A model generated the notes under the pieces. The model was not told where the DNA came from. It saw only the letters and a program-made list of their open reading frames with translations, and searched no databases. The position numbers and the translations under genes were made by a program. From Allosphingosinicella sp. (lineage in GTDB: Bacteria; Pseudomonadota; Alphaproteobacteria; Sphingomonadales; Sphingomonadaceae), in assembly GCA_045811485.1 (NCBI GenBank), contig JBJMTX010000021.1, forward strand, positions 18,570-82,569: a stretch of 64,000 bases of DNA. The letters run 5' to 3'. Positions 37,319 through 46,818 of this stretch are shown piece by piece (position 1 is the stretch's first letter; the number at the start of each line of letters is the position of its first letter).

Positions 37319-38095
37319 TCAGCGTTGAGAATGCCAGCGAAGCGACATGCAGGAGAGACCTGCGTCGATCTTGGCGATCTCCGAGGCGGGGGTTTCGGCC
37401 ACTTCGAGACCCCGTTCGCGCAGCATTGCGGCCGTCTTCGGGAAGGCGTCTCCCATCAGGATCCGATCGTTGACCCGGATGAGGTTGGCCGAATGCTCTT
37501 CGCCCTCGGGCGTGACCACAAGCTCATAGCCGGGGAAGAGCGGGGCCAGGGCCGGCACGGCGATCAAGGTGCGCTCGTCGATCAGGGCGCAGCCGGTCTT
37601 GAGGTGGAGGAGCCCCGGGGGCGGTTCGACGATCCGGGCTCGGCGGCCGAGATCGCCGACGAGGTCGCAAAAGCGCCCGGCGCCCGTTGGGTCCGTGCGA
37701 GCGGACAATCCGACCAGGATCTCGTCCGGCAGGATGAGGATGTCGCCGCCGTCGACGAAGCCTTCGTCGACCTCGGCGACGTCGGCGAAATGGCGGCGGA
37801 GCGCCTGCGCCAGCGAAGCGGCTTCGGCGAACCGGCTCGGCGCTCCCGGGCGGAGCAGGATCGCGCCTTCGGGCAGGACGAAGGCGGGATCCTCGACGAA
37901 GACCGAATCGGGGAAGCCGGGAAGCGGCGGAAGGATTTCGACCGCCACACCGGCTGCCTCCAGCGCCGCGACATAGGCGCGGTGCTCGGCGAGGATGCGG
38001 TCGTGGCGAGGCGGCTCGGAGCCGGTTCGAAGGCCCTCGACGACGCTCTCCGCGGGCTCGCGGACGATGGCGCGGTCGAAATCGAAGATTCTCAC
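37319..38095 (-). CDS. Amidinotransferase / DDAH-ADI superfamily protein
   Basis: FVEDPA, DGGD, HLKTG and GLSCMS motifs; GTG start overlaps the upstream stop. Confidence 0.9.
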   Translation of the reverse strand: MRIFDFDRAIVREPAESVVEGLRTGSEPPRHDRILAEHRAYVAALEAAGVAVEILPPLPGFPDSVFVEDPAFVLPEGAILLRPGAPSRFAEAASLAQALRRHFADVAEVDEGFVDGGDILILPDEILVGLSARTDPTGAGRFCDLVGDLGRRARIVEPPPGLLHLKTGCALIDERTLIAVPALAPLFPGYELVVTPEGEEHSANLIRVNDRILMGDAFPKTAAMLRERGLEVAETPASEIAKIDAGLSCMSLRWHSQR

Positions 38096-38259
38096 AGCGT
38101 CCACACCAGCACGTTGGCGAGAAGGACGAGGGCGGCGACCAGCATGAGCAGCCCCTGCCTGCGCTCGCTTCGCTTGACCAGCAGGTACAGCCCGCCTGCC
38201 GCCAGGGCGAACGTCCCCAGGACGGCGATCGAGAGCAGGGCCGAGGCGAATCCGGTCAT
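38092..38259 (-). CDS. Small two-TM membrane protein
   Basis: Two hydrophobic helices separated by KRSERRQ. Confidence 0.7.
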   Translation of the reverse strand: MTGFASALLSIAVLGTFALAAGGLYLLVKRSERRQGLLMLVAALVLLANVLVWTL

Positions 38260-38347
38260 GGCGACGGCTTGTGCCATCCAAAATCGCGAGAAAACAGGGC
38301 CCGGCTTTTACGAAGGGTTAAAGCGCGAGGCATAGCTTCGTCCCGCA

Positions 38348-38605
38348 ATGCCCCATTCGGAGAGACAAAGGCAGCTGGAGGAGGCTTTCGAGCGGATCGA
38401 GGAGACGATCCTGCCGAGCCTGTCGATCCTCCTCGACGCCCTGCTCGAGGCGGCGGCGCTGGCTCGCCCGGGGCATGACGGCGACGCCTTCGCGGCCGAG
38501 CTTCGGACGCTCGGACTCCAGCTCGAGGAACTGACCCGCGAGGTCGAATCGCTCTCGCCGATCCGGATCGATCCCGCCGGCTACCGGTCGGTCTCGGCCG
38601 CCTGA
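38348..38605 (+). CDS. Small helical hypothetical protein, 85 aa
   Basis: Amphipathic Leu/Glu-rich sequence filling the gap between two minus-strand genes; CtrA-like box upstream. Confidence 0.65.
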   Translation: MPHSERQRQLEEAFERIEETILPSLSILLDALLEAAALARPGHDGDAFAAELRTLGLQLEELTREVESLSPIRIDPAGYRSVSAA

Positions 38606-39552
38606 CCGGCCAGGATCCGCGCGTAGAGCGCCGGGTCGACGTTCCCCCCCGAAACCACCAGCACGGTCCGTTCGGTCACCGGCCCCGCCTTTCCGGCGAG
38701 GAGGGCGGCAAGGGCTACCGCTCCGCCGGGCTCGGCGACGATCCTGAGGGCCCGGGCGGCGAAGGCGATGGCGGCCTCGATCTCGGCCTCGGTGACCGAG
38801 ATGCCGCTCGCACCGGCGGCGTGGAGCGCGCCGAGAGTCAGCGGCGAGACCAATCTGGTCTGGAGGGCGTCGCAGCGCGTCGGCGGCGCCGGCTCGCGCA
38901 CCGGCACCGGGATTCCCGCGGCGAGCGAGGCGGCCATGTCGTCCCACCCCTCCGGCTCGACCGTGACGACGTGCGCCTCGGGCAAGGCAAGCGCGATCCC
39001 GGCGGAAAGGCCGCCGCCGCCGCACGGGACCAGCACCTTGTCCGGGCTTCCGCCGAGCTGCGCGGCGATCTCGACCCCGGCGCTCCCCTGCCCTTCGATG
39101 ACGTCGACGTCGTCGAAGGACGGGACCAGGGTCGCCCCCCGCTCGGCGGCGAGGCGGGCCCCGATCGCCTCGCGGCTCTCGCCGGCGCGGTCGTAGAAGA
39201 CGATCTCGGCGCCCGCGGCGCGGGTTCCCTCGACCTTCACCGAGGGGGCGTCGGCGGGCATGACGATCGTCGCCGGGATGCCGAGCCGGCGGGCGGCGAT
39301 CGCCACGCCCTGGGCATGGTTGCCGGACGAGAAGGCAACCACTCCGCGCCGTCGCTCCGCCTCGCCGAGCAGGAGGAGGCGGTTGGTCGCTCCGCGAAGC
39401 TTGAAGCTTCCGCCCTGCTGGAGGCATTCGGCCTTCACCCACAGCCGCACGCCTTCCCAGTCGAGCGGAAGCAGCGGGGTTCGGGTGACATGCTCGGCGA
39501 CACGCTTCGCCGCAGCGTCGACACCCTCCGGCTTGGGCTTCCTCTCTGTCAT
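38581..39552 (-). CDS. PLP-dependent threonine/serine dehydratase
   Basis: GSFKLRG, SSGNHA, CGGGGL and SGGN motifs. Confidence 0.93.
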   Translation of the reverse strand: MTERKPKPEGVDAAAKRVAEHVTRTPLLPLDWEGVRLWVKAECLQQGGSFKLRGATNRLLLLGEAERRRGVVAFSSGNHAQGVAIAARRLGIPATIVMPADAPSVKVEGTRAAGAEIVFYDRAGESREAIGARLAAERGATLVPSFDDVDVIEGQGSAGVEIAAQLGGSPDKVLVPCGGGGLSAGIALALPEAHVVTVEPEGWDDMAASLAAGIPVPVREPAPPTRCDALQTRLVSPLTLGALHAAGASGISVTEAEIEAAIAFAARALRIVAEPGGAVALAALLAGKAGPVTERTVLVVSGGNVDPALYARILAGQAAETDR

Positions 39553-39622
39553 GCAAATCCTTGGTTTAGCGCGTGAAAATGCGGGTCTTTACAGGGGGGG
39601 ACGGCGGCCATATATCGCCCCC

Positions 39623-39690
39623 GCTGCCCCATGGGGACTTCCAACAACCGCAAGGCAGCTTTTTCGTCAACTACCCGCCTTTGGAGGTCC
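39623..39690 (+). promoter_or_regulatory. Structured 5' leader of the ornithine decarboxylase gene (possibly the alphaproteobacterial speF leader)
   Basis: GCTGCC...GGCAGC stem enclosing the CCCCATGGGG palindrome; position matches the known speF leader; not model-tested. Confidence 0.5.
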
Positions 39691-39696
39691 CTTGAG

Positions 39697-40917
39697 TTGC
39701 ACAAGCACCATAGCGCGCTGGGGCTAGCTTCGCTCCCCTTCGGCGGCATCGACGCCGCCGCGATCGCCAGGCAGCTTCCGGTCCAGCCGGTCACGCTCCT
39801 TCGTCCGCACGCCGCAAAGCGCGCCGCCCGCTTCTTCGTCGAGAAGTTTCCGGGCCGGTCGCTCTATGCCGTCAAGGCGAATCCCTCGCCCGAGCTGCTT
39901 CGAATCCTGTGGGATTCGGGCGTGACCCATTACGACGTCGCCTCGATCGCCGAGGTGCGCCTGGTCGCCGAGACCCTTCCTGAGGCGGTGCAATGCTTCA
40001 TGCATCCGGTGAAGGCCGAGGAGGCGATCGCCGAAGCCTATGCGCTCGGCGTGCGCACCTTCTCGCTCGACACGATGGAGGAGCTGGACAAGATCGTCCG
40101 GGCCACCGGCGGCGCCACCGACCTCAACCTGTGCGTTCGCATCCGGGTCTCTTCCGACCATTCCAAGCTGAGCCTCGCCTCCAAGTTCGGGGCCGACCCG
40201 GCCGAGATGAAGGCTTTGCTGTTCGCGACCCGGCAGGCCGCGGACGCGCTCGGGATCTGCTTTCATGTCGGAAGCCAGGCCATGTCTCCGGCCGCCTATC
40301 ACGAGGCGATGGAGCGGGTTCGCGCCGCGATCGTCGAAGCGGCGGTCACGGTCGACATCGTCGACGTCGGCGGAGGCTTTCCCTCCGTCTATCCGGGCAT
40401 GGAGCCGCCGCCGCTCGAAGCCTATTTCGACGTCGTCTCGCGCGGCTTCGAGAGCCTTCCGATCAGCTATTCCGCCGAGCTCTGGTGCGAGCCGGGCCGG
40501 GCGCTGTGCGCCGAATATGCGAGCCTTCTCGTTCGAGTCGAGAAGCGCCGGGGCGACCAGCTCTACATCAACGACGGCGCTTACGGGGCGCTGTTCGACG
40601 CCGCCCATATCGGCTGGCGCTTCCCGGTGAAGCTGGTCCGCGAGACGCCGTCGGACGCGCGCGACATGGCGTTCAGCTTCTACGGGCCGACCTGCGACGA
40701 TCTCGACCATATGGCGGGGCCGTTCCATCTTCCGGCCGACATCGGCGCCGGCGACTATATCGAGATCGGGATGCTCGGCGCCTATGGTTGCGCCATGCGG
40801 ACCGGCTTCAACGGCTTCGGAACCGTCGCCAGGGTCGAGGCCGGCGACGAGCCGATGGCGACTTTGTACGGCGCGAGCGAGGAACGGCCCGCCCCGTCGC
40901 ACGTCGTCACGCTTTGA
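39697..40917 (+). CDS. Ornithine decarboxylase, alanine-racemase fold (type III PLP)
   Basis: YAVKANP, FHVGSQ, DVGGGF, EPGR and GPTCD motifs; TTG start after GGAGG. Confidence 0.93.
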   Translation: MHKHHSALGLASLPFGGIDAAAIARQLPVQPVTLLRPHAAKRAARFFVEKFPGRSLYAVKANPSPELLRILWDSGVTHYDVASIAEVRLVAETLPEAVQCFMHPVKAEEAIAEAYALGVRTFSLDTMEELDKIVRATGGATDLNLCVRIRVSSDHSKLSLASKFGADPAEMKALLFATRQAADALGICFHVGSQAMSPAAYHEAMERVRAAIVEAAVTVDIVDVGGGFPSVYPGMEPPPLEAYFDVVSRGFESLPISYSAELWCEPGRALCAEYASLLVRVEKRRGDQLYINDGAYGALFDAAHIGWRFPVKLVRETPSDARDMAFSFYGPTCDDLDHMAGPFHLPADIGAGDYIEIGMLGAYGCAMRTGFNGFGTVARVEAGDEPMATLYGASEERPAPSHVVTL

Positions 40918-40918
40918 C

Positions 40919-40988
40919 CGTCATGCCAGCGCAGGCTGGCATCCCAGTGAGAATTCCCCCTGGGGCCCCAGCCTTCGCTGGGGCGACG
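40919..40988. repeat. CGTC-tagged palindromic dimer (family A)
   Basis: CGTCATGCCAGCGCAGGCTGGCATCCC...GGGGCCCCAGCCTTCGCTGGGGCGACG. Confidence 0.9.
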
Positions 40989-41005
40989 GGGGTTTGGAGA
41001 ATCAA

Positions 41006-42061
41006 GTGAACACCGAGACGAAGATCAACGACACCCGCAAGGCCGAGCTGCTCTCGAGCGTCGTCGAGCATATCGACATCAAGAGCTTCGATGCGCGCCC
41101 GATCGTCGATGCGATGAAGAAGATGAGCTTCACTTCGCGCGACCTCGGCCGGGCGGCGGAGATCTACAACCAGATGCTCGCCGATCCCGATTGCTCGATC
41201 TTCCTGGTCGTCGCCGGCTCGACCTCGGCCGGCGGCTGCATGGACCTCTATGCCGATCTGGTCAGGAACAACATGGTCGACGCCATCGTCGCCACCGGAG
41301 CGACGATCGTCGACATGGATTTTTTCGAAGCGCTTGGCCACAAGCACTATCAAGCGCTTGAAATCCCTGACGACGACACCCTTCGCTCGCTCTATATCGA
41401 TCGCATCTACGACACCTATATCGACGAGGAATCGCTCCAGGAGACCGATCACACGATCGGCGCCATCGCCGATTCGCTCGAGCCCCGCCCCTATTCCTCG
41501 CGCGCCTTCATCCGCGAGATGGGCAAGTGGCTGCAGACGAACGGCAAGAAGGAGAACAGCCTCGTCAAGCTCGCCTACGAGCATGACGTGCCGATCTTCT
41601 GCCCGGCCTTCACCGACAGCTCGGCGGGCTTCGGCCTGGTCAAGCACCAGGTCGACGCGATGAAGGCGGGCCGCCCCTACATGACGCTCGATTCGATCGC
41701 CGATTTCCGCGAGCTCACCGACATCAAGATCAAGGCGGGCACCTCCGGCCTGCTGATGATCGGCGGCGGCGTTCCCAAGAACTTCGTCCAGGACACGGTC
41801 GTCTGCGCCGAGATCCTCGGCCATGACGACGTCGAGGTTCACAAATATGCGGTCCAGATCACCGTCGCCGACGTCCGCGACGGCGCCTGCTCATCCTCGA
41901 CCCTCCAGGAGGCGGCGAGCTGGGGCAAGGTCTCGACCGCGATGGAGCAGATGGTGTTCGCCGAAGCGACCAGCGTCCTCCCGCTGCTCGCCTCCGACGC
42001 CTATCATCGCGGCCACTGGCGCGAGCGGGCGGAGCGCCGCTTCTCCAAGATGTTCGACTGA
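41006..42061 (+). CDS. Deoxyhypusine synthase-like protein (probable homospermidine-pathway synthase)
   Basis: GGGVPKNF, YAVQIT and EAASWGK (Lys present) motifs; follows ODC. Confidence 0.92.
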   Translation: MNTETKINDTRKAELLSSVVEHIDIKSFDARPIVDAMKKMSFTSRDLGRAAEIYNQMLADPDCSIFLVVAGSTSAGGCMDLYADLVRNNMVDAIVATGATIVDMDFFEALGHKHYQALEIPDDDTLRSLYIDRIYDTYIDEESLQETDHTIGAIADSLEPRPYSSRAFIREMGKWLQTNGKKENSLVKLAYEHDVPIFCPAFTDSSAGFGLVKHQVDAMKAGRPYMTLDSIADFRELTDIKIKAGTSGLLMIGGGVPKNFVQDTVVCAEILGHDDVEVHKYAVQITVADVRDGACSSSTLQEAASWGKVSTAMEQMVFAEATSVLPLLASDAYHRGHWRERAERRFSKMFD

Positions 42062-42062
42062 C

Positions 42063-42130
42063 CGTTCCCCGGCGAAGGCCGGGGCCCAGTTCCGAGGCAG
42101 CCTGGTCCCGGACTTCGCCGGGAAACGACG
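42063..42130. repeat. Family A variant palindromic dimer (CGTT-tagged)
   Basis: CGTTCCCCGGCGAAGGCCGGGGCCCAG...CTGGTCCCGGACTTCGCCGGGAAACG. Confidence 0.8.
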
Positions 42131-42132
42131 GC

Positions 42133-42546
42133 TCAATAGCCGCAGGGATAGCTGGCCTTCAGCCCCGCGAGGACGATGAGGGCGGCGTTGGTGTTCGTCT
42201 CCTCCGGATGGGCGCGGAGGAAGCGGACGACCGACTGAGCGACCTGGTCGTTGGTCGTGCCCGGCGGAATGCAGAAGGCCTGCGGGCGTCCCGCGGCGAC
42301 CAGCGCGCTCGCAAAAGCATCGGTCGCGCCCAATATGTAGGTGAGGCAGGCCGAGCGGTCCTGGCTGCAGACATTGCCCAGGGTGCCGGCGAGGAGCCGG
42401 GTCGGCACCTTCGGAGCCGCCGGCCGTTGCGCCGGGACGGGCGCCGGAGCCTGGGCCGGGGGCCGGGCCGGCTGGGTCTGGGGCCGGGGCGCCTGCGCCG
42501 CCATCAGCATCGTCGCCGTCGCAGCGACCGCCGCAATCCTTCTCAT
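42133..42546 (-). CDS. Secreted Rap1a/Tai-like protein
   Basis: Signal peptide; C..C.TYILG..D, FCIP and L...YPC four-Cys pattern. Confidence 0.8.
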   Translation of the reverse strand: MRRIAAVAATATMLMAAQAPRPQTQPARPPAQAPAPVPAQRPAAPKVPTRLLAGTLGNVCSQDRSACLTYILGATDAFASALVAAGRPQAFCIPPGTTNDQVAQSVVRFLRAHPEETNTNAALIVLAGLKASYPCGY

Positions 42547-42665
42547 CTTGCCACTCCTCCACTCGCCGCCGCCTGTTTAGCAGGGATTTTCAAAGGCTAA
42601 AGCGCGCTTTGACTCGCGGCTGCGGCGCGGTCACTCTGCACGGGCAAAAGGGGGAGGTCAAAGCC

Positions 42666-43106
42666 ATGAACAGTCCCATTCTCGAACCGGTCGTCGTGCT
42701 CGTCGCCTGGACGCTTCTGATCATGATCTGGATGATCGTCACGCGGTTCGCGGCGATGCGGCGCAAGGGCATCTCGCTCAAAGGCCGGGTCGGCGGCCGC
42801 GGCGGAGTCGCGCTCGAAGGGGTGGTCGAGGACGACGTCATGTGGAAGGCCCACAATTACATGCACCTGGTCGAGCAGCCGACGCTGTTCTACGCCATCG
42901 CCCTGACGCTGGCGGTGGGCCATGGCGGCGGCGGCTACAGCACGATCCTCGCCTGGGCCTATGTCGTCCTGAGGATCCTTCACAGCCTGGTGCAGGCCAC
43001 GGTGAACGTCGTGGCCTATCGCTTCCTCCTCTTCGCGCTGTCGTCGCTGGCGCTGATCGGGCTCACGATCCAGGCGGCCCGTATGGTGTGCCACCACATC
43101 CCCTAG
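42666..43106 (+). CDS. MAPEG family membrane protein
   Basis: HNYMHLVEQPTLFY and AWAYVVLRILHS motifs. Confidence 0.9.
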   Translation: MNSPILEPVVVLVAWTLLIMIWMIVTRFAAMRRKGISLKGRVGGRGGVALEGVVEDDVMWKAHNYMHLVEQPTLFYAIALTLAVGHGGGGYSTILAWAYVVLRILHSLVQATVNVVAYRFLLFALSSLALIGLTIQAARMVCHHIP

Positions 43107-44290
43107 CGGGAGAAGGCGCCGACCAGCTCGACGTGGATCGACCAGCGGAACTGGCCGACCGGGCGGATCCAGTCGAGCCGGTAGCCGCCGTCCACCAGCG
43201 TCCGTGCATCGCGAGCGAAGGTCGCGGGGTTGCAGGAGACGTAGGCGAGGCGCGGAACGGAAGCGCCGGCGAGCAGGGCCGACTGCTCCTTCGCGCCGGC
43301 CCGCGGCGGATCGAGCACGACCGCCTCGAACCGGTTCAGCTCCGACGCGTCGAGCGGCCGCCGGTAGAGATCGCGGTGATCGACGAAAACCGTCCGCTGC
43401 GCCCGGCCGGCGGCGGCCTTGAGCGCCAAAGCGGCGTCGCGGGCGCCTTCAGCGGCGAGGATCCGGCCCTCCAGCGCCAGGGCGAAGGTGCCGAGACCGG
43501 CAAACAGGTCCGCGACGATCCTGGCGCCGCCGACGCCCGTCCGCACCGCCTCGACCAGCGCCGCCTCCCCTTCCGCGGTCGCCTGCAGGAAGGCGCCGTG
43601 GGGAAGCGGCACCGGGACGCCGCCCAGCGCGATCGTGACCGGCTCGGGCTCCCAGCGCGTCTGCGGCCCGTAGCCGTCGTCGAGCGCAAGGCGGGCGAGC
43701 CGGTTCTCCTCGGCGAAGCGCCCAAGCCGCTCGGCGGCGGCCAGACCGTCCGCGGTCACCTTCTCGAGCAGCAGGTCGACCCCCTGATCGGCCAGCGTCA
43801 GGCGAACGCCGGCGCCGGTGGGCGCATCCAGGGCGCGAAGCATGGCCCGCAGCGGCGCGACCAGCGCGAACAGTTCGGGGTGGAGGATATGGCATTCGCG
43901 CATGTCGACGACCCGGTGGCTCGCTTCGGCGTTGAAGCCGAGCCCCCCTCCCCGCTCCCAGCGCAGCGACGCTCGACGGCGGCTGTTCGGCGGCGAGATG
44001 TGAGCGGGCAGGATGTCCGGCGCGGCCAAGCCCTGCGCCGCGAGCGCGGAGGCGATCCGGTCGCGAAGGAAGGCGGCATAGGCCTCGTCGTCGACATGCT
44101 GGAGCTGGCAGCCCCCGCATTCGGGGAAGTGACGGCACGGCGGCACCTGCCGATGCGGGCCGCGCAGGACGGTTCCGTCCGCGAGAACTCGGTCGCCCGG
44201 CGCGGTCAGGGGGAAAAAGCCGCCTTTCTCCCCGACCCCGTCGCCACGCGCGGCGAGGCGAAGAACGGTCTCGCTTTCCTCTACCGGCAT
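43103..44290 (-). CDS. TrmA/RlmD-family RNA m5U methyltransferase
   Basis: CRHFPECGGC, DLFAGLG, LDPPRAG and VSCNP motifs. Confidence 0.93.
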   Translation of the reverse strand: MPVEESETVLRLAARGDGVGEKGGFFPLTAPGDRVLADGTVLRGPHRQVPPCRHFPECGGCQLQHVDDEAYAAFLRDRIASALAAQGLAAPDILPAHISPPNSRRRASLRWERGGGLGFNAEASHRVVDMRECHILHPELFALVAPLRAMLRALDAPTGAGVRLTLADQGVDLLLEKVTADGLAAAERLGRFAEENRLARLALDDGYGPQTRWEPEPVTIALGGVPVPLPHGAFLQATAEGEAALVEAVRTGVGGARIVADLFAGLGTFALALEGRILAAEGARDAALALKAAAGRAQRTVFVDHRDLYRRPLDASELNRFEAVVLDPPRAGAKEQSALLAGASVPRLAYVSCNPATFARDARTLVDGGYRLDWIRPVGQFRWSIHVELVGAFSR

Positions 44291-45654
44291 TCGGCAAGCG
44301 CAGCCGGGAGCCGATCGAGGAGGTCGTCGGCGATGAGGCCCGGTCCGGCGAGCGCCGCGGCGCGGCCGTGAAGCGAGACCCCCGCGCAGGCCGCCTCGAA
44401 CGGCTCCATCCCTCTCGACCGCATCGCCGCAATGATCCCGGTCAGGACGTCGCCCGTCCCGGCCGTGGCGAGCCAGCTCGAAACGGGCGGCGCGATCGCG
44501 GCACGGCCGTCCGGCGCGGCGACGACGGTATCGGCGCCCTTGAAGACGACGACCGAGCGCGCCGCCTCGGCCGCGGCGCGCGTGCGTTCGACCTTCGAGC
44601 CGCCAAGATCAGGGAAGAGGCGCTCGAACTCGCCGGCGTGGGGCGTGAGGATCGGAGTCCCCGGCGCACGGTGGAGCCACTCCAGCCCGCGGCTCGCAAC
44701 GATGGTGAGCGCGTCCGCGTCGAGCACCGCCGGCCTTCCAGAGCGAATGACCGCGTCCAGAAGGTCGACCTCGCCGGTCCCGAGGCCGGGCCCGGCCGCG
44801 ATCGCACCAACCCGGGGATCGTCCAGAACCTCGATCCCGCCGCCCTGCACCACGGCTCGCGCGACCCCGGCAACCCCGCGCGGCGCGATCAGCTTCACAT
44901 AGCCGGCCCCGCCCCTCAGCGCGGCATCGGCGGTCAGCGCCGCGGCGCCGTCCATGACTCCGCCGAGGACCGCGACGAAGCCGCGGCTATATTTGTGATC
45001 CGCCGGCCCCGGCGGGGCGAGAAACGGCCGGCCGATCTCGGCGAGCCGGCTCGCCGCCTCGATGCCGATGTCGGCGACGACGAGCCGTCCCATCCGGCTC
45101 GCGGCGGGCTGGAGAAGATGCGAGGGCTTGAGCGTGGCGAAGGTCACGGTGAGGTCGAATAGGGGAACGGGCGACAGGATCGCGCCGTCGTCGGTCGCCA
45201 CTCCGCTCGGAAGGTCGACGGCGACCCGGACTCGCGCCTCGGCGGCGAGCTGGGCGAGGCGGTCGGCGACCGGCCCGTCGAGCGGGCGGGCAAGGCCGGT
45301 GCCGAACAGGGCGTCGACGAGCAGCGGCGCCGCTCGCGCCGACTCGAGGCTCTCGACCGGTCCCGTCCACGCCTGGCGGGCGGCGCTCGCCGCGCCGCTC
45401 TTCGGCTCTCCCAGAGCGGCGATGCGCACCTTGCTGCCGGTTTCGGCCAAACGCCGGGCGATCACATAGCCGTCGCCCCCATTATTGCCCGGCCCGCAGA
45501 GGACCAGAGCGGGCACGGTCGCGGCAAACCGGCGGATCGCCTCGGCCGCCGCGGTGCCCGCGCGGTCCATCAGCGTTTCCACCGGAGTCCCGGCGGCGAC
45601 GGCCGCCGCCTCCGCCGAGCGCATTTCATCCGCGGTGAGGACTGGACGGCTCAT
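44281..45654 (-). CDS. nnr: Bifunctional NAD(P)H-hydrate epimerase/dehydratase
   Basis: GPGNNGGDG, DALFGTG, TPHAGEF and ATAGTGDVL motifs. Confidence 0.95.
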   Translation of the reverse strand: MSRPVLTADEMRSAEAAAVAAGTPVETLMDRAGTAAAEAIRRFAATVPALVLCGPGNNGGDGYVIARRLAETGSKVRIAALGEPKSGAASAARQAWTGPVESLESARAAPLLVDALFGTGLARPLDGPVADRLAQLAAEARVRVAVDLPSGVATDDGAILSPVPLFDLTVTFATLKPSHLLQPAASRMGRLVVADIGIEAASRLAEIGRPFLAPPGPADHKYSRGFVAVLGGVMDGAAALTADAALRGGAGYVKLIAPRGVAGVARAVVQGGGIEVLDDPRVGAIAAGPGLGTGEVDLLDAVIRSGRPAVLDADALTIVASRGLEWLHRAPGTPILTPHAGEFERLFPDLGGSKVERTRAAAEAARSVVVFKGADTVVAAPDGRAAIAPPVSSWLATAGTGDVLTGIIAAMRSRGMEPFEAACAGVSLHGRAAALAGPGLIADDLLDRLPAALAECR

Positions 45655-45971
45655 TGCGGGCTTCCGGCGATGCGATAGCGGTCCCGGCCCACACTCACCT
45701 CGACCCTGTCGTCGGCAAGCAGCTCGGCCTTAGCCGGCTCGGCGCCGTCGGCGGTTTCGATCGCTCCATTGGAATCCGAGCGAAGCCGCCGAAAGCGTCC
45801 GTCCGGCCCCCGCACCACGAGCAGCGAGGGGTCGTTCCGGTCGCGCTCCACCGTGCAGGAAGGCTTGAAGACGGCCGCTCCGTCGAGCGCGCATTCGATC
45901 CGCTCGCCCGCGCTCGGCGAGGGACCGCCGCAGCCCGCGACGAGGAGGAAAAGAGCGGCCAGGCGCTTCAT
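45651..45971 (-). CDS. Small lipoprotein, hypothetical
   Basis: Lipobox LVAGC; ATGA overlap with nnr. Confidence 0.8.
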   Translation of the reverse strand: MKRLAALFLLVAGCGGPSPSAGERIECALDGAAVFKPSCTVERDRNDPSLLVVRGPDGRFRRLRSDSNGAIETADGAEPAKAELLADDRVEVSVGRDRYRIAGSPQ

Positions 45972-46007
45972 GCGCGGCTTGTCCCCGATTGCCGGAGTGC
46001 AGGCAAG

Positions 46008-46739
46008 TCAGCGCCGCGGCCGAAGCGCGGCGAACCGCTCGCCGAGGCCGGAGCCGCCGAACAGGGCGTCGAAGCGCTTATCCTGCGTCTCGTCGCGAGG
46101 GACGCCCGCCGCCGCGAGCCGGATCCCGCGCTTCAATGTGGCGATGCTTTCGGGGCTGTTGGCGAGAATGGCCTCGGCCAGCGCGGCGACGGCCGACGCC
46201 GGATCCTCGGCGAGGATCTCGACCAAGCCGATCCGGGCCGCCTCGCCGGCATCGATGCTCCCGGCGCCGAGCAGGAGCCGCGACGCCTGGCCGGGGCCGA
46301 CCAGAGCGACGAGGCGCGCGACGTCCTCCTGGGGATAGGAGATGGCGAATTTGGCGGGCGTGACGGCGAAGCGGGCGCCGGGCCCGGCAATGCGCAGGTC
46401 GCAGGCCATGGCGAGCGCGACCCCGGCGCCGTAGCAGGGGCCCTCCACCAACGCGGCGGTGACGATCTCGAGCCCCGCCAGCGCATCGAGGGCGGAGCGC
46501 ATCGCAAGGCGGAAGCCGCTCGCGGCCGCTTCGTCCTCCATCAATCGCGGGAAATCCTCGAGATCCGCTCCGGCGCAAAAGGCCTCGCGCTCGCCGCTGA
46601 GCAGGAGCAGGCGGGCGTCCCCAAGCTCGCCGAGAAGCTCCGCAAGCCGCTCCCAGCCCTCGACGGGGATGGCGTTGCGCGCTCGCGGGCGATCGAGGCG
46701 AAGCCGGGCGACGCCCTCGCTGACGGCAAGATCGAACAT
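46008..46739 (-). CDS. Enoyl-CoA hydratase/isomerase family protein
   Basis: FCAGADL, GPCYGAG and ACDLRIA motifs; start assigned to MFDLAV. Confidence 0.92.
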   Translation of the reverse strand: MFDLAVSEGVARLRLDRPRARNAIPVEGWERLAELLGELGDARLLLLSGEREAFCAGADLEDFPRLMEDEAAASGFRLAMRSALDALAGLEIVTAALVEGPCYGAGVALAMACDLRIAGPGARFAVTPAKFAISYPQEDVARLVALVGPGQASRLLLGAGSIDAGEAARIGLVEILAEDPASAVAALAEAILANSPESIATLKRGIRLAAAGVPRDETQDKRFDALFGGSGLGERFAALRPRR

Positions 46740-46776
46740 CGGCCGATTTGACGCGGGCGAGCCGCTTTGTCGCCAC

Positions 46777-46818
46777 AAAAAAAGAGCCGGCCGCCCGGTC
46801 GGAGGCAGCCGGCTCTTC
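46777..46818 (-). terminator. Rho-independent terminator
   Basis: Minus strand AAGAGCCGGC...GCCGGCTCTT followed by a T run. Confidence 0.85.
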
